Source: an uncultured Alphaproteobacteria bacterium (GTDB taxonomy: Bacteria; Pseudomonadota; Alphaproteobacteria; Rhizobiales; Xanthobacteraceae). Taken from it: a stretch of DNA of 64,000 nucleotides. The DNA is taken from positions 54,172-118,171 of the forward strand of contig CAVZYQ010000017.1 of the NCBI GenBank assembly GCA_963779545.1, read 5' to 3'. This document shows, piece after piece, positions 1-10,731 of this stretch (positions are counted from its first letter, which is position 1; each line of letters starts with the position of its first letter). The notes under the pieces are model-generated. The model did not search any database. It was not told where the DNA came from and worked only from the letters and a program-made list of their open reading frames with translations. A program made the position numbers and the translations under genes.

Positions 1-945
1 GAGCCGGCATCGGGAATGTCCGGCGGCAAGGTCGTGAAACTCGATCGCGTCGAATGGCTCGCGATTTCCGACCAGCAGCAGGCGGTGAATGCCCTGCTCT
101 CGGGCGAGCTCGATTACGTCGAGCAGCCGGCGATCGACCTGCTGCCGCTGCTGAAGGGCGACTCCAACGTCAAGCTGGTCGACTACAATCCGCTCGGCCT
201 GCAGTACACGTTCCGGCCCAACCACCTGCAGAAGCCGTTCGACAACCCGAAAGTCCGTCAGGCGCTGTTCTATGCCTTCAATCAGAAGGACTTCCTCGAC
301 GCCACGATCGGCAACCCGGACTACTACAAGGTCTGCAAGTCGATGTTCCCGTGCGGCAGCCCGATGGCGTCCGAAAAGGGCATGGAAGGCTTGCTCGAGT
401 CCAACTTCCAGAAGTCGAGAGAACTGCTGAAGGAAGCGGGTTACGACGGCGCGCCGATCGTTCTCCTGCATTCGACCGACCTTGCTTCGCTCACGAACCT
501 CGCGCCGGTTGCGAAATCGCTGATGGAAAAAGGCGGCTTCAAGGTCGACATGCAGTCGAGCGACTGGCAGACGGTCGTGGCGCGCCGCGTCAAGAAGGAT
601 CCGGCGAACGCCGGCGGCTGGCACGGCATGCTGACCGCGTGGGTCTCCGCCGACATCCTCAATCCGGTGATGACCGGCTTCGCCAATGCCAGCTGCGACA
701 AGGCCTCGTTCGGCTGGCCCTGCGACGCCGAAATGGAAAAGCTGCGCGACGACTTCGCCCGCGAGACCGATCCGGCAAAGCAGAAAGCGATTGCCGAGGC
801 GGTGCAGGTACGCGAGCGCGAGGTGGTCACGCACATCCATCTTGGCCAGTACTATCAGCCGATCGGCACACGAAAGACGATCGACGGAATCCTGACCGCG
901 CCCGCGCCGGTATTCTGGAGCATCGAGAAAAAGGGCCGCTCGTAA
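1..945 (+). CDS. ABC transporter substrate-binding protein, family 5 (peptide/nickel/opine type); 5' end cut by the window edge
   Basis: ORF 16..945 is open to the window start. It is followed by DppB/DppC-type permeases and a fused DppD/F-type ATPase. Confidence 0.8.
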   Translation, partial: EPASGMSGGKVVKLDRVEWLAISDQQQAVNALLSGELDYVEQPAIDLLPLLKGDSNVKLVDYNPLGLQYTFRPNHLQKPFDNPKVRQALFYAFNQKDFLDATIGNPDYYKVCKSMFPCGSPMASEKGMEGLLESNFQKSRELLKEAGYDGAPIVLLHSTDLASLTNLAPVAKSLMEKGGFKVDMQSSDWQTVVARRVKKDPANAGGWHGMLTAWVSADILNPVMTGFANASCDKASFGWPCDAEMEKLRDDFARETDPAKQKAIAEAVQVREREVVTHIHLGQYYQPIGTRKTIDGILTAPAPVFWSIEKKGRS

Positions 946-955
946 AATAGTAAAG

Positions 956-986
956 CGCCCGGACCCGCGCGTTCGCGGTCCGGGCG
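956..986 (+). promoter_or_regulatory. GC-rich intercistronic stem-loop between the binding-protein and permease genes
   Basis: Arms cgcccggacc(c)gcg / cgcggtccgggcg give 13 bp with one bulge and loop cgtt. No U-tract follows, so this is more likely an mRNA-stabilising or partial-termination hairpin than a full terminator. Confidence 0.45.
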
Positions 987-1013
987 TTCCATTCGCCGGG
1001 ACGAGGAGAGAGC

Positions 1014-1955
1014 ATGCTCGGCTATATCCTGCGCCGGCTTGCCGCCACCGTGCCGGTGATGCTGATCGTCGCGGTGTTCGTGTTCCTGATGCTGCGGCTG
1101 ACGCCGGGCGATCCGGCCGCCATCATCGCGGGCGACAACGCCAATGCGGATCAGATCGCGGCGATCCGCACGCGGCTCGGCCTCGATGAGCCGATTTTCA
1201 CGCAGTTCTTCATCTGGATCGCCAATATCCTGCGCGGCGATTTCGGCGAGTCGTTCTTCTTCAAGAAGACCGTGCTCGACCTGATCGTCGGCCGGATCGA
1301 GCCGACGCTCGCGCTGTCGCTCGCCACCATCATCATCGCGGTCTGTATCGCGGTGCCGCTCGGCGTGCTCGCCGCCTACAAACAAGGGAAGCTCATCGAC
1401 AAGATCGTGATGGGCTTTTCGGTGCTCGGCTTTTCGGTGCCGGTGTTCGTGATCGGCTACTCGCTGATCTACCTGTTCGCCATCCAGCTGAACTGGCTGC
1501 CCGTGCAGGGCTATCAGCGCATCGGCGACGGCTTCGGCGGCTTCCTGCAACGCCTGATCCTGCCATCCATCACCCTGTCGATCATCTACATCGCGCTGAT
1601 TGCGCGCATCACCCGAACCAGCGTGCTCGATGTGATGGGCGAGGATTACATCCGCACCGCACGCGCCAAGGGCCAGGTCGAGATCAAGGTGCTGTTCAAG
1701 CACGCGCTGAAGAATGCCGCGGTGCCGATCGTCACAGTGATCGGCCTCGGCGTGGCTTTGCTGATCGGTGGCGTGGTGGTGACCGAGAGCGTGTTCACGA
1801 TTCCCGGCCTCGGCCGCCTCACCGTCGACGCGGTGCTGGCGCGCGACTATCCGACAATTCAGGCTGTGATCCTGCTTTTCTCGTTCGTCTACGTGCTGAT
1901 CAACCTGATCGTCGACCTCGCCTACACGCTGTTCGATCCGAGGATCCGCTATTGA
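1014..1955 (+). CDS. ABC transporter permease (DppB/OppB family)
   Basis: Intact 313-aa ORF. N-terminus MLGYILRRL and multiple TM segments are typical of family-5 importer permeases. SD GGAGAG lies upstream. Confidence 0.9.
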   Translation: MLGYILRRLAATVPVMLIVAVFVFLMLRLTPGDPAAIIAGDNANADQIAAIRTRLGLDEPIFTQFFIWIANILRGDFGESFFFKKTVLDLIVGRIEPTLALSLATIIIAVCIAVPLGVLAAYKQGKLIDKIVMGFSVLGFSVPVFVIGYSLIYLFAIQLNWLPVQGYQRIGDGFGGFLQRLILPSITLSIIYIALIARITRTSVLDVMGEDYIRTARAKGQVEIKVLFKHALKNAAVPIVTVIGLGVALLIGGVVVTESVFTIPGLGRLTVDAVLARDYPTIQAVILLFSFVYVLINLIVDLAYTLFDPRIRY

Positions 1956-2878
1956 GCGCCGAGCCCACGCTTCTGGCCGGCGAGAAGGCCGCACCGCCGC
2001 CCAAGCCCGGCCTTGCCGGCCGGCTCGCGCGCGACGGCGGCATCGTCTTCGGCGCCACGATCATCCTGCTGATGGCGATCATCGGGCTGACTGCGCCGTG
2101 GCTCGGCACCAAGAGCCCGTCCGAGATCAATCCGTCGTTCCGCAATCGCGTGCCCGGCATCGAGCAGACCATCCGCAACGATGACGGCTCGACCCGCGTC
2201 TTCAAGTATCGCATGGGCACCGACAGCTTGGGGCGCGACATCTACAGCCGCGTGGTCTACGGCGCGCGCGTTTCGCTGATCGTCGGCATCACGGTCGCGG
2301 TCATTTCGATCGCGATCGGCCTCTTCATCGGCCTGATCGCCGGCTACCTCCGCTGGGTCGACGCCGTGGTGATGCGCCTGATGGATGGGCTGATGGCGAT
2401 CCCGGCGATCTTGCTGGCCATCGCGCTCGTCTCGATCTTCCGCGCAGGGCTGTTCGCCGTCATCGTGGCGATCATCGTGCCGGAGATTCCGCGCGTGGTG
2501 CGCCTCGTGCGCTCGATCGTGCTCTCGGTACGTGAGGAGCCTTACGTCGAGGCCGCCATCGTCGCCGGCACGCCGACGCCGCTCCTGCTCTTCCGCCACA
2601 TCCTGCCGAACACGGTCCCCGCGCTGATCGTGCAAGGCACGTTCATCTGCGCCAACGCGATCCTGCTCGAAGCAATCCTGTCCTTCCTCGGCATCGGCAT
2701 CCCGCCCGAAACGCCGACCTGGGGCAACATCATGGCGGAAGGACGCGGCCTGTTCCGCATCTATCCGCACAACATCTTCTTTCCCGGCATCTGCCTTGCG
2801 CTCACCGTGCTCGCCGTCAACGTGCTCGGCGACGGCTTGCGCGACCGGCTCGATCCGAAACTCGCGCGGCGGATGTGA
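1952..2878 (+). CDS. ABC transporter permease (DppC/OppC family)
   Basis: Intact 308-aa ORF. Its start overlaps the previous stop by 4 nt. Confidence 0.9.
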   Translation: MSAEPTLLAGEKAAPPPKPGLAGRLARDGGIVFGATIILLMAIIGLTAPWLGTKSPSEINPSFRNRVPGIEQTIRNDDGSTRVFKYRMGTDSLGRDIYSRVVYGARVSLIVGITVAVISIAIGLFIGLIAGYLRWVDAVVMRLMDGLMAIPAILLAIALVSIFRAGLFAVIVAIIVPEIPRVVRLVRSIVLSVREEPYVEAAIVAGTPTPLLLFRHILPNTVPALIVQGTFICANAILLEAILSFLGIGIPPETPTWGNIMAEGRGLFRIYPHNIFFPGICLALTVLAVNVLGDGLRDRLDPKLARRM

Positions 2879-4516
2879 TGGCTACGCGCACGCACAAGGC
2901 CCGTTCTCGATGTTCAAGGGCTGACCGTCCGCCTGCCGTACGGCGCTGGACCGCCTGAACGCCGTGGAGAACGTCTCGGTCGCAGTCGCGCCCGGCGAGA
3001 TCGTCTGCGTCGTCGGGGAATCCGGTTCGGGCAAGTCCGTCACCGCGCACGCCATCATGGGCCTGCTGCCACCCGGGCAACTCACCGCCACCGCAGGCCG
3101 CGTGCTGCTGGAGGGCGACGACCTGCTCACGAAGTCGCGCGCCGAGATGCGCCGCATCCGCGGCGACCGCATTGCGATGATCTTCCAGGAGCCGATGACC
3201 GCGCTCAATCCGGTGATGCGGCTGGGCGACCAGATCGCCGAAGTGCTGGACATCCATACAAAGCTCAATGAGCGCGAACAGCGCGCGCGGGTGCTCGATG
3301 TGATGCGATCCGTGCATCTGCCCGATCCGGAGCGCATGATCGATGTCTACCCGCACCAGATTTCCGGCGGGCAGCGCCAGCGCGTCATGATCGCGGCGGC
3401 ACTGGTGCTCGACCCCGTGCTGCTGATCGCCGACGAGCCGACCACCGCGCTCGACGTCACCACTCAGGCGCAGATCCTGAAGCTGATCAAGGAGCTGCGC
3501 GAGCGGCGCAACACCGGCGTGCTGTTCATCACGCACGACTTCGGCGTGGTCGCCGAGGTCGCGCATCGCGTGGTGGTGATGCAGCACGGCCGCGTGGTCG
3601 AGCAGGGCCGCACCGAGGACGTGCTGCGCCGGCCGCGCGACGACTACACCCGCATGCTGATCCGCTCGGTGCCGAGCCTGTCGCCGCCCGCGCGCGCGCC
3701 GATCACCGGCACGCCGATCGTGCTGCAGACCAGCGATCTCGACAAAACCTACGTATCGGGCGGCCTGTTCGCGCAGCGCCGCGAGGTAAAAGCGGCGATC
3801 AACGTAAATCTCTCGGTCCGCCGAGGCGAGACGCTCGGCGTGGTCGGCAAGTCCGGCTCCGGAAAATCCACCGTTGCGCGCTGCATCGCGCGGCTGATCG
3901 AGCCGACGGACGGCGCGATCCTGATCGAAGGCGCGGACGTCGCGAAACTTTCTGCGCGCGCGTTGCGCCCGCACCGCAAGCGCGTGCAGATCGTGTTCCA
4001 GGACCCGTATCGCTCGCTCAATCCGCGCCGTATCGTCGGCGCGGCGATTACCGAAGGGCCGATGAATTTCGGCATGTCCGAGACAGGAGGCGACGAGCGC
4101 GCGCACGCGAACTGATGCGCCTCGTCGGGCTCGATCCCGACGCGCTGTCACGTTTCCCGCATCAGTTCTCCGGCGGGCAGCGCCAGCGCATCTGCATCGC
4201 GCGCGCGCTCGCGATGGAGCCGGAAATATTGGTGGCCGACGAGCCGGTCTCGGCGCTCGACGTGTCGGTGCAGGCGCAGGTGCTCGAACTGCTCGACGAC
4301 GTACGCAAGCGCTTCAACCTCGCGGTGCTGTTCATCACCCACGACCTGCGCGTCGCCGCACAGGTGTGCGACCGCATCGTCGTGATGCACAAGGGCGAGG
4401 TCGTGGAGGAAGGCGCCACCGCCGCGGTGTTCGCGGCGCCGAAGCACGATTACACCCGAGCGCTGTTTGACTCGGCACCCGGGCGCAATTTCGAGTTCGG
4501 GAAGTTTGAGGTGTGA
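2878..4516 (+). pseudogene. Fused double ATPase of the ABC importer (DppD/DppF-like), reading frame interrupted
   Basis: ATG 2878 overlaps the dppC-like TGA. PVLDVQGLTVRLP is in one frame, and LNAVENVSV..GESGSGKS (ORF 2964..4115) is in another. The second Walker A is GKSGSGKS. The second LSGGQRQR signature lies in ORF 4115..4516. Apparent shifts are near 2898, 2945 and 4090. Confidence 0.85.
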
Positions 4517-4522
4517 TGCGCC

Positions 4523-4656
4523 GTGTCCCGGGCGCACTGCGGCGCGAAGTGCCGCTGTGCAGACCCGGGATCCCGGTTTCTTATTTCAAAGAGAAGCAAC
4601 CGGGGTCCCGCATCTGCGATGCACCACCAAGCGGTGCTGCATCGCGTGCGGGACAC
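4523..4656 (+). repeat. Nested-palindrome intergenic repeat (REP/MITE-like), copy 1
   Basis: Pattern is gtgtcccgggcgca...cccgggatcccggtt...aaccggggtcccgcatctgc...cgcgtgcgggacac. It is near-identical in architecture to 10118..10248, and to 13679..13806 in inverted orientation. Confidence 0.85.
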
Positions 4657-4660
4657 CAGA

Positions 4661-5191
4661 TTACTTCCCCGCCATCTTGCCATACAGGAACAGGAAGTCG
4701 CTCGCCTGCGGCAGCGGCTTGTGGCACTCGAAGCATGCCGTGAGCTTCGCGTTTGCATTCACCGCCTTGGCCGCCGTGAAAGCCTGATACTCCCATTCGC
4801 CGTTGCGGATGTTGTCCGGGTATTCGGTGCCCCAGCCCTTGCGCTTCTCCATCACGGTGTAGGCGAGCAGATCGCCCTTGATGAAGCGGCCGTTCGCGTC
4901 TTTCTCGGGGTTGCCGTCCGCGGCCAGCTTGGCGCGATACTGCACCAGCGTGATCACCGTGCCGTCCGGCATCGGCTCTCCCTTCTTGGCCGCATCGACC
5001 GCCGCCTGGCTGGTGTAAAGCTCGCGGTACTGCTTGTTGTCGGCGCGATCGACCGTCGTGTAGAGCACGCCCTTGTCGTATCCTTCCGGAAACTTGACCA
5101 GATCGCCGCCCGCCCGAACGTGCGTGGCAAACGCGAACACGCCGAGGCCAACCAAAGCAGTCGCAACCGGCAGGACGCTTGATTTCAGCAT
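4661..5191 (-). CDS. Cytochrome P460 family protein (secreted, single CxxCH haem site)
   Basis: 176-aa protein starting MLKSSVLPVATALVGLGVFAFA (signal peptide). CFECH motif near the C-terminus. It forms the lower part of the long ORF 4661..6058. Confidence 0.8.
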   Translation of the reverse strand: MLKSSVLPVATALVGLGVFAFATHVRAGGDLVKFPEGYDKGVLYTTVDRADNKQYRELYTSQAAVDAAKKGEPMPDGTVITLVQYRAKLAADGNPEKDANGRFIKGDLLAYTVMEKRKGWGTEYPDNIRNGEWEYQAFTAAKAVNANAKLTACFECHKPLPQASDFLFLYGKMAGK

Positions 5192-5397
5192 TGTCTCCCC
5201 CTCGATAGTGCCGCCAACCGGGCGGCTCGGCTGCCAGAATAAACCCCACACGCAGGATTGGAATTCCTCCAATTCGCACGTTCTTGTGAGAACGCCGCGA
5301 ATTACGAGCACCGATAGGGACAGGTTTCGACCGGGATGAAATTTTGCGACATTGCGGCGGCTGACCGCCCTTCCCGTTTCGCCGCGCGGAATTCGAA

Positions 5398-7478
5398 ATG
5401 CCCCCTGACCTGAAAACCGACCGCGCGGCGCTGCGCCAGGCGCTTCTCTCGCCCCGCTCGGTCGCGATCGTCGGCCAGTCCGACGATCCCGGCAAAGACC
5501 ACCGGCAGGCCGCTGCGTTTCCTGCGGCAGATGGGCTATCGCGGCGCCGTCTATCCGGTGAATGCCCGGCGCGACACCGTGATGGGCGAGCGCGCCTACC
5601 GCTCGATCGCGGCGCTGCCGGAGGTGCCCGACCACGCTTACCTCGTGGTGCCGACCGAAGCCGTGATCGACACGGTGGCCGAATGCGGCAGGGCCGGGGT
5701 GAAGGTCGCCAGCATTTTGGCAGCGGGTTTCTCCGAAACCGGCGCGGACGGCGTCGCGCGCGAACAGCGGCTGCGCGAGGTCGCGGCCGAGACCGGCATC
5801 CGCATCGTCGGGCCGTCCTGCCTCGGCGTGATCAACATGCGCGAAGGCGTGATGCTGACCGCCAACGCGGCGTTTTCCGAACCGGACATTCCGGTCGGCC
5901 GCACCTTCGTGGCCTCGCACTCCGGCACCATGATCGGCGCGCTGATGTCGCGCGGCAAAGCCAAGGGCATCGGCTTCGCGGGGCTGGTTTCGGTCGGCAA
6001 CGAGATCGACGTCTCGGTCGGCGAGATTTGCCTCTCGCACGCTCGACGATCCGGACATCGACGGCTACCTGCTGTTCCTCGAAACCATCCGCAACGCGGC
6101 CGCGCTGCGCGAGTTCGCGCTGGGCGCGGCCGAGCGCGGCAAGCCTGTGGTCGCCTACAAGCTCGGCCGCTCGTCGGCCGCGCGCGAGCTTGCCGTGACG
6201 CACACCGGCGCGCTCGCGGGCGAGGACGATGTGGCGAGCGCATTCCTCGCCGATTGCGGCATCGCGCGCGTGGAAACTCTCGAAGGGCTGCTTGAAGCAC
6301 TTCCGCTGGTGCGCCGCACGCCGATCCGCCCGGCAGGCGCGCGCAAGCCGCGCGTCGCGGTGCTCACCACAACCGCGGGCGGCGCCATCATGGTGGTGGA
6401 TCCGCTCGCGATGCGCGGCGTCGAAATCGCGCAGCCAAGCGACGAGACGTTCGCGCGGATCGTGCAGCTCGGCGTCGAGGTTTCGCCCGCGCGCATCATC
6501 GACCTGACCATCGCGGGGGCGAAGTACGAGATCTACAAGGGCGCGCTCGACATTCTCACGACTGCGCCCGAGTTCGACGCGGTGCTGGCGGTGGTCGGCT
6601 CGTCCGCGCGCTTCCATCCCGAACAGGCCGTGAAGCCGATCGTCGATAGCGCGAACGCGGCGAAACCGATCGCGGCGTTTCTGGTGCCCGATGCCCCGCA
6701 GGCGCTCGCCACATTGAGAGAGGCCGGCGTGCCAGCGTTTCACACGCCCGAGGCCTGTGCGGACGCCATCGCGGCGGCGTTCGGACGGCGCGAGCCAAAA
6801 ACGGCGGTCGCGGCACCGCAGGCTGGCGCAGGCCGCGTGCTCGATGAACTGGAGGCCTACGCGCTGCTCGACCGGCTCGGCGTACCGCGGTCGCCTGCCG
6901 TCGCGCTTGAGACCACGATTGCGAAAGCACCCGCCCTCCCCTTCCCCTACCCGGTCGCTGTGAAAGTTCTGTCTGCCGACATCCCGCACAAAACCGAGGC
7001 GGGCGGCGTCGCTCTGAATGTGCACAACGGTGAAGCATTGCTCACCGCGATCAAGTCCATGCGCGAGACCGTGAAACAGCGCACCGGCATCACGCCGGAG
7101 CACGTGCTCGTCGCCCCGATGGTCTCCGGCATCGGCGAAGCACTGGTCGGCTATCGCGTCGACCGCGAGGCCGGGCCGCTGATCATGGTTGCGGCCGGCG
7201 GCGTGTTCACCGAAATCTACCGCGACCGGGCGCTGCGCCTCGCGCCGGTCGATTTGCCGGCCGCCCACGAGATGATCGCCGAGGTGAAGGCCTTCGCCAC
7301 GCTGACAGGGTTCCGGGGCGGACCGGCCGGCGATCTCGACGCGCTAGCGCGCGCCATTGTGGCGCTGTCGCAACTGGCGTTGCAGAATGACCCGGCCATC
7401 GCCGAGGCCGAGGTCAATCCGCTGATCGTCCGGACTGACGGCGTTGTGGCGGTCGACGCGCTGATAAGAACACTATGA
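5398..7478 (+). pseudogene. Acetate--CoA ligase family protein (ADP-forming; CoA-binding + ATP-grasp), frame interrupted twice
   Basis: Three consecutive ORF pieces (5398.., 5531.., 6147..7478) continue one another: SVAIVGQSDDPGK / TTGRPLRFLRQMGYRGAVYPVN ... EICL / LDDPDIDGYLLFLE. Shifts are near 5494 and 6040. Confidence 0.8.
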
Positions 7479-7491
7479 CGGGGAGGCCCTG

Positions 7492-7862
7492 ATGCTCGAT
7501 CAACTGGCCGCGCGCGTGAACGGCGACGCCAATCTCGTACGGCGCGGCAAGCACGTCACCACGACCTTCCTGATCCAGATCGACAACGCCGACCATCTCG
7601 TCAGCGTCGCCGAGGGCAGTATCACCGGCATCAGGCCCGGCCCGTTCATCACGCCGAACTATTCCTTCGCGCTGCGTGCCTCCCGCGAGAGCTGGGACAA
7701 ACTGTGGTCGGAGAAGCCGATCCCCGGCTTCACCGACATCTTCGCGCTGGTGAAGAAGAAGCTGCTGCGCATCGAGGGCGACCTGCATCCGTTCATGAGC
7801 AATCTTCTCTACTTCAAGGGCGTGATCGCTGCGCCGCGGCCCCGGAGGGAGCCGCGACATGA
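7492..7862 (+). pseudogene. SCP2 sterol-binding-domain protein; no in-frame stop
   Basis: The translation MLDQLAARVNGDANL...LLRIEGDLHPFMSNLLYFKG is SCP2-like. Its frame runs on for 888 aa. The only plausible stop (TGA 7860-7862, overlapping the next ATG) is in another frame, and the 371-nt span is not a multiple of 3. Confidence 0.5.
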
Positions 7863-8722
7863 GCCCACGCTTCGAACCGGCCATCGGCCGCTATTTGCAT
7901 CTCGACCTGCTTGGCAAGCCGCATCGGCTTTATGTCGAGGAGGCCGGCCAGGGCATTCCCCTGCTCTGCCTGCACACCGCAGGCTCCGACGGGCGGCAGT
8001 ATCGCGGCCTGCTCAACGACGAGCGCATCACCAAGAACTATCGCGTCATCGTGTTCGACATGCCGTGGCACGGAAAATCGTCCCCGCCCGTCGGCTGGGA
8101 GAACGAGGAATACCGCCTCACCTCGCGCGACTATGTGCGCATGATCCTCGAAGTGTCCGCCGCGCTGGAGCTCGACAAGCCCGTCGTGATGGGCTGCTCG
8201 ATCGGCGGGCGCATCGTGCTGCATCTCGCGCACGAGCATCCGGAGAAATTCCGCGCCATCGTCGGGCTGGAGATCTCGCCCAAGGTCGATCCGTATTACG
8301 ACACAAGCTGGCTGCATCGGCCGGATGTGCACGGCGGCGAGGTCTCCGCCGGCATCGTCTCGGGGCTTGTCGCACCGACCGCGCCCGACGAAGGCCGCTG
8401 GGAAACGCTGTGGCACTACATGCAGAGCGGCCCCGGCGTGTTCAAGGGCGACCTCTATTTCTACATGATCGACGGCGACATCTCGGACAAGCTCGACCAC
8501 ATCGACGCGCGCCGCTGCCCGCTTTATCTGCTCACCGGCGAGTACGACTATTCCTGCACCACCGAGGGCACGCTCGAAGTCGCGAAGCGCACCGGCGCGC
8601 AGGCGACCATCATGAAGGACCTCGGCCATTTCCCGATGAGCGAGAACCCCGAGAAATTCATCGGCTATCTGCTGCCGGTGCTGGAAGAGATCCGTTCGGG
8701 CAAGAAGGCGAGCGCCGCATGA
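7859..8722 (+). CDS. Alpha/beta-fold hydrolase
   Basis: Intact 287-aa ORF. SD GGAGGGAG lies 8 nt upstream. Nucleophile elbow is GCSIGG. Confidence 0.85.
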   Translation: MSPRFEPAIGRYLHLDLLGKPHRLYVEEAGQGIPLLCLHTAGSDGRQYRGLLNDERITKNYRVIVFDMPWHGKSSPPVGWENEEYRLTSRDYVRMILEVSAALELDKPVVMGCSIGGRIVLHLAHEHPEKFRAIVGLEISPKVDPYYDTSWLHRPDVHGGEVSAGIVSGLVAPTAPDEGRWETLWHYMQSGPGVFKGDLYFYMIDGDISDKLDHIDARRCPLYLLTGEYDYSCTTEGTLEVAKRTGAQATIMKDLGHFPMSENPEKFIGYLLPVLEEIRSGKKASAA

Positions 8723-10114
8723 AGACCTCCGAAGCCCACACGCTGCATCCCGCCGCGGGCGCGACCGCGACCATCGTGAGTTTTGCGAGCGGTCTGCGCT
8801 ACGCCGATCTCTCGGACGAGGTGCGCTACTACGCGCGGCGGCATCTGCTCGACACCGTCGGCGTGATGATCGCGGGCGCGCCCGGCGATGTCGCGACAAA
8901 TGCCGAGACAATGCTTGCCGGCGTGCGCAGCGGCGGCGGCAAAATCCCGGTCCCCGGCCGCGCCAAGCGCCACGACCTGCTCGACGCCGCCTTCCTCGGC
9001 GGCACGGCGGCGCATGGCATCGAACTCGACGACGGCTATCGCGTCGGCTCGGCGCATTGCGGCTGCACGGTTGTGCCTGCCGCGCTCAGCGTCGGCTACG
9101 AACGCGGCGCGAGCGGCGCGCAGATCATCGAGGCGGTCGTCGCCGGATACGAAGTCGCGATCTGCCTCGCGCGCGCCTGCGCGCCGGACCTGCGCCAGCG
9201 CGGCTTCCATCCGACCAGCGCGGTCGGTCCGCTCGGCACCGCGGTCGCGGTCGCGAAGCTGCGCGGCCTCACCGCCCAGCAGATCGCCGACGCGCTCGGC
9301 ATCGCGGCCAGCGCCTCCGCCGGCCTGTTCGCCTTCGTCAACGGCGGCGCCGACATCAAGCGCCTGCACGCGGGCCACGCCTCGCGCGAAGGCATCCAGG
9401 CCGCGCTGCTCGCCGAGCTTGGCGTGCAGGGCCCGCCCAACGTGGTCGAGGCGCGCGACGGCTTCATGCAGGCCTTCGCGTTCGGCCGCTCCGACAAGGC
9501 GCGGCCCATCGCGCTGCCGCCCGACGCGCCGTTCGGCATCACGGATTGCTACATCAAGCCATATGCGTGCTGCCGCCACATCCAGCCCGCCGTCGAGGCG
9601 CTGTTCGGCCTGATGAACGACGAGAAGATCGACGCCAAGGACATCAGCAAGGTCGATGTCGAGACCTATCGCATCGCCGCCGAGCACGCGCACACCGGCT
9701 GGGACGACTACGCCAGCGCGCAGCTCTCGTTCCCCTACCTGATGGGCCTCGCGGCGCGCTTCCGCGGCATCAAGGTGGAGCATTTCAACGCGGCAACCCG
9801 CAGCGACCCGGCGTTTGGCGACGTTCGCCGAAAAGCTCACCGTCACGGCGCCGCCGGAGATCGACGGGCTTTATCCCAAGCTCCGCCCGGCCCGCGTCAC
9901 CGTGACGACACCGAAGGGCAAGTTCGTGCGTCAGGCCGACGAGGCGCTCGGCTCGCGCATCGTGCCGCTCGACGATGCCGGGCTGGAGGCGAAGTTCATC
10001 GAGCTGGTCGAGCCGGTGCTGGGCGATGCGCGCGCGAAGGCGCTGGTGCGGCAACTTTGGGATGTCGAGACGCTCAGCGACATCCGGCCGCTGGTCGACG
10101 CGACGGCGCTCTGA
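8719..10114 (+). pseudogene. MmgE/PrpD family protein, frame interrupted near the C-terminus
   Basis: MKTSEAHTL...GIELDDGYR..YIKPYACCRH lies in the 7492 frame. The C-terminal part ATFAEKLTVTAPPEIDGLYP... is in ORF 9815..10114. Shift near 9815-9825. Confidence 0.8.
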
Positions 10115-10117
10115 CCC

Positions 10118-10248
10118 GTGTCCCGGGCGCAGCGCAGCATGCAATGATGCGCTGCTGACCCGGGATCCCGGTTTCTTTTACACGTAGGCAACCGGGGTCC
10201 CGCATCTGCGACGCACCGCGAAGACGCGCTGCATCGCGTGCGGGACAC
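10118..10248 (+). repeat. Nested-palindrome intergenic repeat, copy 2
   Basis: Same termini (gtgtcccgggcgca / cgcgtgcgggacac) and core (cccgggatcccggtt ... aaccggggtcccgcatctgcg) as copy 1. Confidence 0.85.
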
Positions 10249-10270
10249 GGAAACAACCATCGGAGGACGA

Positions 10271-10731
10271 ATGCCCAAAGCCGCAAAGAAAAAACTCCCC
10301 GCAAAAATCTCCGGCAAGAAACCTCGTCCGCACTGGCGCAAGGACTGGAAGAAGGCCGAGAGGCCTGGGACGAGGGCCTCGACGTCCGCCGCGCGATGTT
10401 CGGGCCGGCCGGCGCCGAGAACCAGATCGCCGACACCTCCGACTTCATGTGGCCGATGCAGGACTACGTCACGCGCAAATGCTTCGGCGAGACCTGGACG
10501 CGCCCGCACCTCAACCGCAAGACCCGCAGCCTGATCACGCTCGCGATGCTGGTCGCGCAGGGCCGCCCGCACGAGATCGCCGTGCATGTGCGCGGCGCGG
10601 TCAACAACGGCGTCAGCAAGGAAGAGTTGTCCGAACTGATGATGCACTCGATCATCTACTGCGGCATTCCGAAGGCGGTCGAAGGTTTCCGCACCGCGCA
10701 GGGCGTGCTCAAGGACATGGGCTTCGAATGA
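10271..10731 (+). pseudogene. Carboxymuconolactone decarboxylase (CMD) family protein, probable early frameshift
   Basis: The conserved body LAQGLEEGREAWDEGLDVRRAMFG...TRPHLNRKTRSL..HVRGAVNNG has no ATG/GTG/TTG in frame upstream. The only SD-preceded ATG (10271, MPKAAKKK) is in another frame. The span is 461 nt. Confidence 0.6.

Noticed and set aside
855-4151. Long minus-strand ORFs (855..1994, 1949..2770, 2817..4151) opposite the ABC transporter genes, and many similar ones elsewhere
   Set aside because: Their translations are Arg/Ala/Gly/Asp-rich low-complexity sequence, typical of shadow ORFs in high-GC DNA. The opposite strand encodes clearly recognisable proteins.
7492-10158. An 888-aa ORF that looks like one giant protein
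   Set aside because: It is a read-through artefact of GC-rich sequence. The frame contains an SCP2-like segment, then nonsense antisense-like sequence across the hydrolase gene (which is in another frame), then the PrpD-like protein starting at ATG 8719.
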